Source: Okamejei kenojei (Eukaryota). Taken from it: 64,000 nt of DNA. Position numbers and translations under genes: made by a program. Each line of letters begins with the position of its first letter. Within the stretch, counting starts at the first letter, position 1. A model generated the notes under the pieces. The model saw only the letters and a program-made list of their open reading frames with translations. It was not told the origin of the DNA and did not search any database. Positions 63,406 through 64,000 of the stretch are shown piece by piece. The DNA is taken from the NCBI GenBank assembly GCA_035221665.1, contig CM069141.1, positions 47,182,001 to 47,246,000 on the forward strand. The letters run 5' to 3'.

Positions 63406-64000
63406 TGGGTATCTTTAACGAATGTCCACTTTATATGAATTCATTATTCTATACAAATATATGAATGGTTGTGTATGTAATATTTCAGAAAATAAGTACT
63501 TCTGTCTGAAGAAGTGGCCCGATCCGAAATCTCGCCTATCCACCCCCTCCCCCCTCCGAGATGCTCCGTGGCCCGCTGAGATACTCTGGCACAATGACCT
63601 TTACTCTAGATTCCAGCATCTGCAGTCACCTTATTAAAAACTTAGTCGGCTCCTTCGGTTTTCGATGTCTGCGCAAAGAGGGGCCAATTGGTGTAATGGT
63701 CGAAATTAACATTTTCCTCAATCTTCCAAGAGTGGTACCGATTTTCTCTGAAGGGGATCTTACTATTTGCAATTAAATGGGAGTAGACAAGTGCAATCAA
63801 TTCTTCAAGCAAGAGTTGTACAAATGCTATTTGTTCAATTAAGCGAATGATCTTTCTGCCTGGATCAATTTGTTTGCGAATGTGTTAATATTGGAACACT
63901 GCAATCAGAGCATTAATCGACAAGATAATCCATAGCATAAAAAAGTAGAAAATCCAAACGGAGACATTTCAATTTAAGACAACATTATTGAATACAATAT

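Noticed and set aside
1-64000. CRISPR array, prokaryotic operon, rRNA or tRNA genes
   Set aside because: None seen. The repeats are kb-scale paralogous units and TEs, and the only tRNA-like box belongs to a SINE.

Overview
Vertebrate (non-prokaryotic) genomic DNA, most likely from a cartilaginous fish; a skate or ray is inferred from the CR1, Penelope, Rex1 and V-SINE repeat content. The window is part of a tandem protocadherin array, all genes on the + strand. It has two intact ~2.4-kb single-ORF genes (A2 at 28478-30871 and B3 at 48503-50884), four disrupted copies (A1, B1, B2, B4) and two orphan 3' fragments (window start and 63 kb). A fossil EC5/EC6 relic is also hidden in the B-type spacer. 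Each of the six full-length or near-full-length copies is preceded by a conserved CSE/CGCT-box (CTCF-type) promoter element, including the dead ones. The genes end at a stop codon after a PCDH10-like 'CLSPESAKSDFLFLKPC' tail, with no conserved splice donor and no constant exon in view. The array grew by a two-gene (A+B) cassette duplication plus single B-unit duplications. It decayed through deletions and inversions whose junctions carry microhomology, templated insertions and fold-back palindromes. Spacers hold an IR/DR Tc1, nested CR1 LINEs, a Penelope element with a minimal hammerhead motif, two Ty3/gypsy families, a 3'-truncated L1, Rex1-like LINEs and SINEs. Paralogous empty sites confirm many insertions. 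Two N-gaps and error-rich flanking sequence limit confidence at ~16.4-21.6 kb.
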